A stretch of DNA of 64,000 nucleotides from Eledone cirrhosa (GCA_964016885.1 OZ024743.1:55552001-55616000); one strand, 5' to 3'; positions 25,920 through 37,560 are shown, counted from the first letter of the stretch. Numbers and translations are program-made. The notes: generated by a model from the letters alone, not told the origin.

Positions 25920-26445
25920 CTATGTGCCATTAGCACCATGGCGAGCTCTATAGTGACTTTTAAAATTAGCAAGTGATTTATATTGAATGCTACATGTAGG
26001 ACATATCTTTTGTCCTTCATTAGCAACAAAGGGAGCAGCAACATTCTCACCTACATGTATTTTATTTATATGGCGATTTATACTTGAAATAGCCCTGCAT
26101 ACTTTACCACACACATGGCAAGTTAAGACTGTATTATTAACCTGCAGATTTGTGTATTCCACTCAGTTTCACTCCCCACGTATCTTTAAATGTTCTCTGT
26201 ACCCAGTTTTGGACAGAAGAATCCGACCAGAATCTGGACACGTAAACTCTTCCTTGGACAAGCTACTTTCACAGAGCTCAACGTCAAACATTTTTCGTAC
26301 TGCCCTTTTCAGTTTTTCTTTCTCTGTACTCTTTAATTCATGACTTTTCACTCCATTATACAGAGCTTTCCTCCATAAAACCGTATCACAAGTAGCTGTT
26401 TCGCAGTTGTTCAATGCAACCCCTAATCTTTTCAAGGTCTTTTTT
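25920..26445 (-). mobile_element. 3' fragment of an RTE-like LINE ORF with C2H2 zinc fingers
   Basis: LWRKALYNGVKSHE...FTCPDSGRILLSKTGYREHL, then a stop, then CHVCGKVC...HINKIH and CPTC...HYRARH in the same frame. This resembles RTE C-termini. Confidence 0.6.
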
Positions 26446-26723
26446 TTATGTTGTCGCAAAATTGCATCTTTGGGTTACATTTAGTTCTCCATACATACAT
26501 GATGGTGACGGCCATTGCACGAGAAGAAAAAAAACAATATAATAATAACAATAACGACAATAATAAGAAGAATAGAAAAAATAATTATGTATATATATAC
26601 ACACACACAATAACAATTAACGGTGCTGCGATCGAATGTGGCTTTTTAGCCCAGCATACATACATACATACATACATACATACATACATACATACATACA
26701 TACATACACACACGTACACATAC

Positions 26724-26755
<32 letters not shown>

Positions 26756-26898
26756 CGTGTGTGTGTGTGAGTGTATGTGTGTGTGTTTCATCTACGTACT
26801 CACAGATTCATCTGATGAGTGTTGCCTGATGAACCTTTGAGTACCCAGATAAGACTCCAGAGCTCCAGCATAATAAGACTCATCACTTAGCTATATAA

Positions 26899-27106
26899 TG
26901 GTTTCTTATATAGGCACAAGGCCAGAAATTTTGGGAGGAGGGGAAAGTCGATTAAATCCACCCCCAGTGCGTGACTGTTACTTTATTTTATTGACCCTGT
27001 AAGGATGAAAGGCAAAATTAACCTCGGCGAGATTTGAACTCAGATCATAAAGGGCCGTAACTCTATGCTGCAAAGCATAGCGTACGACACTGCAAATCCA
27101 CCGCCC
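26899..27106 (-). mobile_element. SINE family 1 with target-site duplication
   Basis: SINE core flanked by atcacttagctata.aatg at about 26882 and about 27109. Confidence 0.85.
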
Positions 27107-27183
27107 TAATCACTTAGCTATAATAATGAATATTATTAATCTCTATTTCGGTACTGAGTATTTTTTCTCCCTTCCATCAACGA

Positions 27184-27325
27184 AAGTCGGCATAACGACA
27201 CATTTCTCCATCTCTCTTGACTTTTGAAAATCATGAAACTTGTGATTTATGTCTTTACCGGTTTCACAAGTTTCATGATTTTCAAAAGTCAAGAGAGATG
27301 GAGAAATGTGTCGTTATGCCGACTT
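27184..27325. repeat. Fold-back inverted repeat (about 62-bp arms, short spacer), probably from a PLE pLTR
   Basis: aaagtcggcataacgac...gaaacttgtga followed by tcacaagtttc...gtcgttatgccgacttt. Confidence 0.85.
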
Positions 27326-27402
27326 TGCAACACACCAGCTGTAATTTATGAAGCTGTGGTCACTTACTTCCAACCGACCAAACGAACCACAGGAGGTCAA
27401 AT

Positions 27403-27442
<40 letters not shown>

Positions 27443-27862
27443 ATTTGACCTCCTGTGGTTCGTTTGGTCGGTTGGAAGTGAACACAGCTTCATAAACTAC
27501 AGCGGGTGTGTTGCATTGTTGTTGAAGGGGACAAGCTTCGGGCCTACGACAAGAGCATTCTGGTGGGGTGTTGCTGCTAGGGCTGTTGGTGATGTGGGCC
27601 TTCATGTTCTTAGCGTAGGAGTATCCTAGTTTTACTTTGTGTCGGTTAAAGATGGAGCGGTATTTATGACCTATGGGAAAGTGTCTATCTAAGAGGGCTA
27701 CAAATTTTTTTCCTACATTGGTTTTAACGTTGAGGGAGAAGGGAGGAGAGAACCAGATAGTTTGTCTATTGTTGCGCTTACTTATCTTAATGGTGTTGTT
27801 GCTAGTGGGAAAGAAAGTGATAGGTTGTGAGAAGCCGCTGTTAGCCAACGCCGTGTTATAGT
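27326..27862 (-). mobile_element. PLE fragment (Neptune-type linker/GIY-YIG start) with a partial inverted copy across a (TA)n tract
   Basis: The minus ORF has IWFSPPFS, CSCRRPEACPLQQQC, VVYEAV and belongs to the same family as 15870-16914. 27326-27405 is an inverted copy of 27441-27515. Confidence 0.85.
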
Positions 27863-27949
27863 ATATAACACCAAAATATCCATTGGTGGTAATATAACCT
27901 ATACAAACCAATATGAGAAATTTCCGCTCGTACCATGTCCCCAACCTGC

Positions 27950-28013
<64 letters not shown>

Positions 28014-28429
28014 GTATATGTATGTATTTATGTGTGTATGTATGTATGTATTATGTTCCTAACTCCATATATATATATATATATATGTGTGTGTGTATGT
28101 ATATATATATATATACACACACACAGTTCAAGAGTAACCAATCTTAAAGAGAGAGATGGAGATAGGAGAGGAGATAGGAGAGGAGAAGAGAGATTGGTGA
28201 ATTAGTTAGAAGCCAAAGCGTAAAGGCGTGTGCTCAATGTGCAATATGCAGTGGAAAACAGCTAGGTGGCTGGGTTCATGCAGAGATTAGGTGCACAGAG
28301 CTGGAAATATTCATTAGTTAAGCAAAACAAGACGACAAATTTCACAAGGAAGACATTATTAAAAGATTTTCAACATAGTTTTAGTTTGATGTAAGGAATG
28401 TAGAGAATAATAATAATATTAATAATAAT

Positions 28430-28573
28430 TGTTTCTACTTTTGGCACAAGGCCAGCAATTATCCAGTACATTACTGATACTTTATTTTATCGACCTCGTA
28501 AGGATGAAAGGCAAAGTTAACCTCGACGGGATTTGAACTCAGACCGTAAAGGGACGTACCTATGTTGGAAAGC
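28430..28573 (-). mobile_element. 5'-truncated SINE family 1 in the PLE 3' pLTR, 14-bp TSD
   Basis: TSD atattaataataat at 28416-28429 and 28574-28587. Confidence 0.88.
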
Positions 28574-28591
28574 ATATTAATAATAATGTCC

Positions 28592-28710
28592 GTTTACAAT
28601 TGTTTCGCTACTCCATATAATGTTTCTGGATCAAATGATTATAGATCATTATTGCTCTGGTTCAGTTGAAAATAATTAACTTAGGTACAATTAAAGCAGC
28701 TCATCGGAAC
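28592..28710 (-). ncRNA. Hammerhead-like motif with a very long loop II and CCGAUGA core variant
   Basis: Minus strand: gtt-CCGATGA-gctgct...(about 80 nt)...agtagc-GAAAC-aatt-GTA-aac. Confidence 0.6.
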
Positions 28711-29094
28711 TTCAAAAAGAATATAAATTAAAATAAGGAAAAAATGTTACATGAATGTAATGTTCCATATATTGGTATTTCACTATGGTGTCCTGGATAT
28801 ATCTATTGTCTGCCATAGTCGAGCAGTATTCTTCTGTTGAGGCTGCATTGTGTGAGATCTGCCTATGGGTAACAAGATGGCCGCCAATGGACATATTTAC
28901 CTTACTAATTAGAGGGTGGTTTCAGGGGAAGTAACTCCTCGAGACATTAGAAATTGTGGGTAGTTTATAGCTAAGAAGTGCTAATTTTTTAATTTTTTTA
29001 ATTGAGAGACAATGTAAGGGAGGTAACTTATAATTATCTAAGTTAGCTATAACTATTTAACTTATTAGCTATAAGTAAATATGGGACTAGATGA

Positions 29095-31834
29095 CTATGT
29101 TGGGTCAAATATTCTGTTGGCGAAGGAATTAGCCCTTCGATGTTGACAGCTAATAGTTACCTCCGTTCTATCGTTAATCGGTAGAGGTCGTGATAGAGTT
29201 ATGTAATATGCTTCGGTAAGACAGAGGTCACAAGAGTTTCTTCGTCCATTAAACGGTTGGGCCCTAGCCAAGATATCCCATGTTAGTGAGTGTTCAATGT
29301 TGGTTAATTTAAGGTTTTTAATGAGCCTAGCTAGAGATGTCTAACATCTGTTGTTAGGGTCTCGGAAGGAAAAAGAGTGCGCGTTATAGCGTACCTTAAA
29401 AGGGTTAGAGGTAGAGCCGATATAGGAACTGGTATGCGAAGCAGTTTTAACTGTGCACCTATAAATTATATTGGGTGTCAGACAATGTCCATTTAGTGGG
29501 CATGCATTAGGGTAACGGCAGTTGCAGTTACTTCTGCGGTTAGTGAGAGTCGGGTCGTTTAAACTATGCGGTTGGTCCGTGCTAGAAGGATTAGATGGGG
29601 GACGTGTGTTACTAGAGTAAGTATTGGTGTAGTGGCGTGGTGTATTTGATGGGGGTGGTGGTACCGCACTGTGGGAGTTATACTGTCTTAGTTTATGATG
29701 GTTACTGAATGCGATGTGGCTAGCTAGGTTAGGTGTTGTGGAGAATGAGATTTTAATGTTTTTATTAAAGAGTTTGTAATATCTATGGTTGGGGGGGGGG
29801 GGATATTTAGATAGGATAGAGAAGAAGCGTTTAGAGATATTAGTGGCTAGATTAGATGAGAGTGAGGGGGGGTTAAGCCAGGTGATATTTCTAGTCCTAT
29901 TCCTTCTAGGGGTTCTAGTGGAGTTGGTAGGGGCCTTCATAGGGTTATTATTACCTGGGCATTTGTTATTTGTCATCCCATTGCTCATTCCTATTCTAGG
30001 GTTGATTTTTAGTTTGCTACTTGGAGTGGGAAGTAGGCCACTGCCACTATTAAGGTTCCCTGTATAGGTGCTGTTACTGCTAAAATTCCGGCGAATCTGG
30101 CTATATGCTAATGTATTTCTAGTTCTAGTGTTAAGGTTATTATGGTTGTGGTGAAGTGCTGTGTTATGGCATTTAGGTATGTAGTAAATGGACTGTTCAT
30201 AACCAGATTCAGAAAGAGCCTTATTATAATATGCCGCATGGTTTATAAATATCTCCTCATTTGCTGATAGCATGGAGATCCTATACGAGATAGATTTGAT
30301 TACTGCTCTGATGACTGCCGGTGGGTGGTTAGAGTGTGGGCTAATATATGTAAGTATTTCACCTGGTTTATGATAAGGGTGATATAGGTTATTGTTAAGA
30401 TCTAGGGTAACGTCTAGGAAGTTTACTACTTTATGGTTCGGCTCGATGGTGATAGAGAGACCGTTATTTTTAAAGAATCTATGTAATTGTTTTTTGAGCA
30501 AGTCAATGCCTCGATTAGTGCAATTGTGGACTGCAAATAGGGCGTCGTCCCTATATATTCCGCCTTGCAAGGGTTGGATTTCAGCTCTGAAGTTATGTAA
30601 TAGGTAAATTCCAACTAAATCGGTGATTTGCGCAGAGTCACTTGAGCCCATCGTGATGTCAAAGTTGTCTGTTCTGTCTTTTCTAGTCCAGAGTGCTCCG
30701 TTGAATTCAATGATGGTCTGCCTAGCCATAAGTATGATGTCAATCTCATTATTGATTATGTTGCCTTTCATCCTTACGGGGTCGATAAAATAAAGTACCA
30801 GTAATAGCTGGGTAATAGCTGGCCTTGTGCCTAAAGTAGAAACAATTATTGATTATGTCAGAGTTGGTGCTGGCTAGGGTTAATGCTTTGTTGAGCAGTG
30901 CCGGGGTTATTGAAGCGTAATAGCTGTCAATGTCAAATTGGAGGAACCTCATAGATTCCTTGGACCTTAGATCGGAGAACCATCTAATGACTTGGCCGGT
31001 GTTGGACCACAGCTTGTAGGTGATATCATCCCGTAGCCCAGGGATGATCCTATCAAGGATGTTCTTACTGATACGAGCCAAGTCAGATGTGGTTGGGCTT
31101 ATAAGTCTAATAGATGGGTTCTCTATAAAGTTTGGCTTGTGATCCTTGAGAGAAAACCTTGGGGTTGTAGGTACATAAGGGTGGGTAAATCTATCCAGAT
31201 GCAAGTCCTTAACCAAAGCCTGGGCTTTTCGGTTAAGTAAGTTTACACTGGAAGGTATAGTTTTTTTATAGTTTTTATTAAGTTCCTTAAGAAGGAAAGA
31301 GTTGTAAGTTTCAGGAGTCATTGTGTATAGATTTTTAGTTTTGTCAGACATAACATATAAGAGGTAGCTATCTTTAAATTTTTTTATAGTTGTTGCTAAT
31401 TTTGTGAGGAAATTATTCTTGTGTCTATAATGCCTTTTGAATTTAATGCTCCTGACGAAGTTAAATAGATCTTTCTCAAAAGGGCCCAGCAGAATGTTGT
31501 GTGAAGGGTTCTTGCAGGTGATAAATCCATATCTGTTTGCTGTACTTCCAGCGTCAGCAGCACCCGCACGGTCGAAGTGGAAGGCCCTCCATCGTATTCT
31601 TCGGATGAAAGAGTTGACACTCTGTATTAGGAGTTTGAGGTATGTCTTCCTGTCCGGGATAGGAATGGACTTAAGTGATATCCTGAGTTCCTGCTTGCTG
31701 AACATGGTGACTTCTAACAGTAAGTATCTCAACCACGGGAGCTCAAGTATACACAGTTCAAGAGTAACCAATCTTAAAGAGAGAGATTGATATAGGAGAG
31801 GAGATAGGAGAGGAGAAGAGAGATTGGTGAACAA
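29095..31834 (-). pseudogene. PLE polyprotein (RT + Zn linker + GIY-YIG), broken by one SINE insertion and one nonsense codon
   Basis: Motifs SDKTKNLY, KDHKPNF, FDIDSYY, ITMGS, IYRDD, NFLDV, SNHPP, CNCRYPNACPLNGHC, IIYRC..YIGST..FKVRYNAH. Past the TAG at 29341-29343 the same frame continues TSLARL..WDIL..CDLCLTE..CQH to a stop at 29095. The first ATG is at 31705. Confidence 0.9.
30762..30844 (+). mobile_element. 5'-truncated SINE family 1 inserted in the PLE RT, 14-bp TSD
   Basis: TSD attattgattatgt at 30748-30761 and 30845-30858. Removing it rejoins STNSDIINN-EIDIILM. Confidence 0.92.
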
Positions 31835-32309
31835 TTGTAAACGGACATTATTATTATTAATGTTATTAAAGTAGAAACAATTATTATTAATATTATTATT
31901 ATTATTCTCTACATTCCTTACATCAAACTAAAACTATGTTGACAATCTTTTAATAATGTCTTCCTTGCGAAATTTGTGGTCTTCTTTTGCTTAACTAATG
32001 AATATATATATATAAGAAAAGTAAATAACAACAACAAGGAGTACAGTTACGAAAGGTGTTAGGTATTAGGTTCATGCTTGAGAATGAGGGGGGGGGGGGG
32101 TGTTGATGAGTATTAATATATTGCTATATGTGAGACCTTTATGAACACTATGTTTTTACATGGATTAGATATTCAGTGTTAAAAGCGTATATTAACACCG
32201 TCATTTGTTGGTTATTAGACTAATATACACATGTCTAAACCCACTCTACATCTCCCCATATATCGAGTACTCTTATAATTAGTGGTCTCCTCTCGGTTTC
32301 AGAAGCGAA

Positions 32310-32346
<37 letters not shown>

Positions 32347-32388
32347 GCTTTCGTTCTTTCTCTCTCTCCTTCTCTCTGTTTCTCACTC

Positions 32389-32431
<43 letters not shown>

Positions 32432-32468
32432 ATATCTATCTCTATCTCTCTATATATATCAATCTATC

Positions 32469-32529
<61 letters not shown>

Positions 32530-32530
32530 G

Positions 32531-32618
32531 TGATAACATTTTACACGTTTTTATTATATGTAAACTTCCCCCTTTGTATTTGTCCCCTTCTTTTGTGCCC
32601 CTGTGGCTAATAAAGAAA
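32531..32618 (+). mobile_element. Short Tx1-like 3' terminal fragment inside a (TATC)n tract
   Basis: It ends gcccctgtggctaataaagaaa like the Tx1 termini and contains ttttacacg. Confidence 0.5.
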
Positions 32619-32660
32619 TATATCTATCTATCTATCTATCTATCTCTCACTCTCTCTCTC

Positions 32661-32741
<81 letters not shown>

Positions 32742-32763
32742 ATGTGTGTGTGTGCGTGTGTGT

Positions 32764-32866
<103 letters not shown>

Positions 32867-32999
32867 CCGCCATATAACATATATACTGTAGCATCAAGTT
32901 GAATGCCTCAGCAGGTGGCAGTGAAATGACTGAGAGAAGCATTACAGAATACAGTCATCACAGTACTGGATCTTTGATACGCTGGAATTAAGGCAACAT

Positions 33000-33290
33000 T
33001 ATGTATCAGTAGAGAAATAAGGAGAAACAGCCTCGCAGAATGCTTCAGCATCCACAATCTGCGACAATACAAATCTCACAGTCTAAAGGCTCAAATCAAA
33101 TCGACCGGATATTGTTATCAAAGACCATCAGGAAATGAAGTCTTGTATAATCGATGTATCAGTCATAGCCGATGACAATATATCTCTAAAGAAAGTAGAG
33201 AACCTTTCCAAATATAAATATCCGGAAATAGACACAACCTGAATGTATGGATTGAAATCAGAAATAATAACTGTCGTGGGAAGGATTGAA
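33000..33290 (+). mobile_element. Degenerate RLE-type LINE endonuclease relic
   Basis: Translates NRPDIVIKDHQEMKSCIIDVSVIADDNISLKKVENLSKYK. Confidence 0.6.
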
Positions 33291-33428
33291 AGAAACATAG
33301 CTCCAATCCTACGATGTATTCACTCATACGGTAAACTAACAATACGTGTTATAAATGGTTTAACTATACAGATATCATTTTATCATATACTTCCGGCGCT
33401 TTGCGCACAACGTTATATATATCTTAAT

Positions 33429-33617
33429 CGGCGGTGAATTGGCAATATCGGTAGAGGGTCGGACACCATGCTTTGACGCATAGAGTTACGGCCCTTGCCA
33501 TTCTGAGTTCAAATCCCGCCGAGGTTAACTTTGCCTTTCATCCTTGCGGGGTCGATAAAATAAAGTACCAGTAATGCACTGGGTATTTGCTGGTCTTGTG
33601 CCAAAAGTAGAAACAGT
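33429..33617 (+). mobile_element. SINE family 1, full length
   Basis: A/B boxes and core present; approximate TSD atatatat(c/g)ttaatc. Confidence 0.88.
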
Positions 33618-33949
33618 TAAATATATATGTTAATCAAATACAAACAAGAGCGCTAATAATATGGAAATTGGTAGGCCCATTTCAGGATACTACTATAAGT
33701 GATAGAGTATATAAGCCTTGAGATTGTTTAGGTGATATAATCTCCTTTTGATGGAAGTCTAATTAGATTTCAAAACGATTAACAGTATTTATCATTTTTT
33801 CAATTTATATGAAAATATGTATTTTTCGTATATTTAAGTGTCTAATCTAATGTATTTCTTTTAACTATATGACATTTACTTATTTAGATATACATAAACA
33901 TATGTCCACTATATTTTACAAATAGAAGTTATATAATGATGGTAATATT

Positions 33950-34160
33950 GGTTTTTGATTTTGGCACAAGGCCAATAATTTGGGGGGAGGCTAAAATTAA
34001 TTAAATCGATCCCAGTGCATTACTGGTACTTTATTTTATCGACCCCGTAAGGTTGAAAGGCAAAGTGAACTTCGGAAGTATTTGAACTCAAATCGTAAAG
34101 GTGAGTAACCCTATGCCATGAAGCACGTTGTCCGAAGCTCCGTCGATACTGCTAATCCGA
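33950..34160 (-). mobile_element. SINE family 1, diverged
   Basis: ggtactttattttatcgaccccgtaagg...tttgaactc. Confidence 0.8.
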
Positions 34161-34407
34161 AACTATGGCCATGTGGTTAAACTGTCTTAGGACAGAATCG
34201 CTGGTCAGATTTTACGGGAAAAAACAACTAGCAGAAGACCCACAGGTAGACCTCGACCAAAATTATTGGATAACATCAATAAGCTCGGCTGGTCTCGCTT
34301 GGGGATCCAAGCGAATCAGTTGGAGACGGTTGCTTCTGACAGGACTCACTGGAAAGAGTGTTTCACGACACTCCCCCCACGACTCTCCCAGGAATAAGTG
34401 GGCGAAG

Positions 34408-34437
<30 letters not shown>
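34160..34437 (+). mobile_element. 3' fragment of an RTE-clade LINE with (GAA)n tail
   Basis: Homologous to 53220-53478 (gtctcgcttggggatcca, ttgcttctga, aataagtggg.gaagaagaag). Confidence 0.7.
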
Positions 34438-34441
<4 letters not shown>

Positions 34442-34595
34442 CGTGTGTGTGTTTATAAATAAATATATATATATATATACTAATTTACTTTAATATTATA
34501 TATTAATTCAAATATTATATAAATATATATAATTGGGTAGTGCTTAATACTACCCTTTCATGTTTATAATTGTATATAACTCATATATAAGTATA

Positions 34596-34644
<49 letters not shown>

Positions 34645-34677
34645 CGAAACATAAGCATGAACTCAATCCTTTATTTA

Positions 34678-34731
34678 CTGCTATATATATTTCGATGATA
34701 GCCATTGAATGGCTATGACCTCATCAGGCAA
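34678..34731 (-). ncRNA. Canonical minimal hammerhead ribozyme in a short (TA)n-flanked element (34641-34800)
   Basis: Minus strand: ttgc-CTGATGA-ggtcatagccat-tca-atggctatcatc-GAAAT-atat-ATA-gcag. Confidence 0.8.
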
Positions 34732-34827
34732 TTAGTCAGTTCTTAGATATGCCAGCTCTGTTTTTATGGTGTTGATGGTATCAGAGCCTTGGGACATATC
34801 TATATATATATACATACACACACGCTT

Positions 34828-34985
<158 letters not shown>

Positions 34986-35433
34986 GACGGACTTCTACAA
35001 CGTGTGTCTACCAAATTTTATTCACAAGGCATTGGTCAACCTGAAGTTAAATTAGAAGACATGCCCAAATATTCCTGGCAGTGGGAGTGAACCTAAAGCA
35101 ACCTGACTGCAAAGCTAACTCCTTAACCACATAGTCATGCTCATACATACATGTACATATATGCATATACATATATACATACATATACATATACATATAC
35201 AAATATATACATATACATATATATACGTATACACACACGCTCATATCATATATAATGTATAATGTTATGTGAATGTCGTTGACAAGTAGGTCAGTGGATG
35301 CTGAAGGGATGCCATTATTGTAACGTAGGATTGATTTCTGATATCAATAGCCACGTCTCTGAGGTCTTTACCTTTAGTCAAGTCTGACATGACAGAAAGA
35401 GACAGAAAGACACAGAAAGGGACAGAAAGTGAC

Positions 35434-35500
<67 letters not shown>

Positions 35501-35666
35501 CAGACTGACCGAGAGTCAGACAGACAGATATTAGATAGTGTGATTTTTGTGAAGGAGAGAGAGGGTTTGAGACAGTTCTTAAATGAGCGAATGTGTGAAG
35601 AATGGAAGAGAAGTAATATATGTAGTAATGTTGGTGTGTAGTGGTGAAGGTGCAGGTTTTAGATAG

Positions 35667-35714
<48 letters not shown>

Positions 35715-35999
35715 ACACGGGGGAAAGAAACTGAGAAAGTGGAGGTATAATTAACACGCGGAAGAAAATGTTAAAGAGTACAAGTGAGACTTGTAAGACT
35801 ATGAATGACTGGAAACAAAACAAAGGATAGGAGAGATTTGAGTAACAGTTTATGGGAGAGAGAAAGACATTTTGTACGAGAAAAAGACTGCGAGGGACAA
35901 TGAGTGAGAGAAAAATACTGAAATGCAGAGTGAGAGAGAAAAGCAGCCTAAATAAAGTGAGACTAGATAACGAACAGCTGTAGATAAAGAAAGAGGTTT

Positions 36000-36610
36000 G
36001 GATAATAATTGTTTTGCATGCATCATCCGTGTGTGGCTTGATGTCCAATTTCCAGGACGTTGGCTGCGTTGTCAAGGCCCACATGAATGGCCAGCAAGAA
36101 GCCCTGACTTAACGTCATACAGAGGTGGGCAAAGCAAGAAATTTATAACTCAAAACCAATTGCTTTGACTCTATTGGAGGAACTCATTTGTCGTGTACTG
36201 ACCAACATACTACCTGAGTTCTTGATGAAGTCAGTCGAGGAAACATCCAGACAATTACAAACACTGATGGACAACACTGGCGCCTATGTAGAATTTTAAC
36301 ATTGTACTGTACTTCTAGCATTATACTGTATACTGTTATTGGCAGTAGAGGGTCGGACGTCATGCTTTGCAGCAAAGAGTTAGGGCCCTTTATGGTCTGA
36401 GTTCAAATCCCGCCGTGGTTAACTTTGCCTTTCATCCTTACGGGGTCGATAAAATAAAGTACCAGTAATACACTGGGATAATTGCTGGCCTTGTGCCAAA
36501 AGTATAAACAATTATACTGTTAACAAATAAAACAAGTGTTATGAAAATTGACCAATAATCAATAAAGTTAACAATTTTAAATAGGGAGATTCTTTCCACC
36601 CATCCTGTAT
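36000..36610 (+). mobile_element. Tc1/mariner transposon relic, interrupted by a SINE at 36340-36511
   Basis: tggccagcaagaagccctgacttaacg encodes WPARSPDLT. The 3' end catcctgta|ta resembles a TIR plus TA target. Confidence 0.55.
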
Positions 36611-36905
36611 ATTTTAAGGTGTCGCTCACATTGCCTGGACTAATTTAGTCGTTGGAAACACTCTGTTGTGAAAGGGATTTCTGATGAAAAGATTAAGTAT
36701 TTAGTGCACTAAAGAGTGTATAGTACTACTATATCAAGGTGCCACAACTCGACAAGAGTCAGATATTGGGGTCGGTTGTGATCTTATGAAGTCCGTCCTC
36801 TTAAATCTTGTATAACGGGTTGATTTTTTATTTCATTTAATCGATTAATATGTATGTGGTTTGTGCGTGTGTGTGCGTGAGAGAGAGAGAGAGAGAGAGA
36901 GCAGG

Positions 36906-36949
<44 letters not shown>

Positions 36950-36951
<2 letters not shown>

Positions 36952-37260
36952 AAGCTGCGTGGCTTATGGTGAGTTTGTTTGGTTATTGACCTTAAAGTCA
37001 TAAGTTTGATTCCCAGTGGCGTGATATGTCCTTGAAGAAGATGCTTTATTTCACGCTTCTTCATTCTACACAGTTGGCAAAAATAAATTTGTATTTATAT
37101 CTTAAAGGCCAGCCATGTCGCACACAGTAGGACACACGCGAGATCTCCCCGAGAACAACATTAATGATATACGTGTCTGTGGAATACTCAGCCACTTGCA
37201 TGTCCATTTCAGGTTGTTCCGTTGTTCGAACCGATGAAATATGTGCTGACACAACTGTGG
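36950..37260 (+). mobile_element. tRNA-derived SINE, family 2, diverged
   Basis: Head gcgtggcttatgg...agtttgattccc and body acgtgtctgtggaatactcagccacttgca. Related copies lie at 45010-45220, 48480-49170 (minus) and 57085-57830. Confidence 0.6.
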
Positions 37261-37291
37261 GAGGTTCACCACCTAATATATATATATATAC

Positions 37292-37328
<37 letters not shown>

Positions 37329-37376
37329 TGTGTGTCTGTGTGTGTATATTTATATATATATATATATATATATGTT

Positions 37377-37427
37377 AGTTTCAGAAGATCCCGTTAAGGG
37401 TGAAAGCACCGATTCTTTGCTTAAACT
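37377..37427 (+). ncRNA. Hammerhead-fold repeat with variant CAGAAGA core (other copies 17708-17757 and 50579-50629, minus strand)
   Basis: agttt-CAGAAGA-tcccgttaagggt-GAAAGCA...TGCTT-aaact: all three stems pair. Confidence 0.5.
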
Positions 37428-37443
37428 TTAATCTGTTATTTTA

Positions 37444-37560
<117 letters not shown>

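Larger units (their letters stand above)
28121..32005 (-). mobile_element. Near-complete Neptune-type Penelope-like element with direct and inverted pLTR segments
   Basis: RT-GIY-YIG ORF. 81-bp direct repeat 28121-28201/31751-31831. Inverted repeat 31831-32005 versus 28307-28604. HHR motif in the 3' pLTR. Both ends lie in (TA)n/(CA)n. Confidence 0.9.

Noticed and set aside
26805-26850. Two CTGATGA motifs
   Set aside because: There is no downstream GAAA core or supporting stems.
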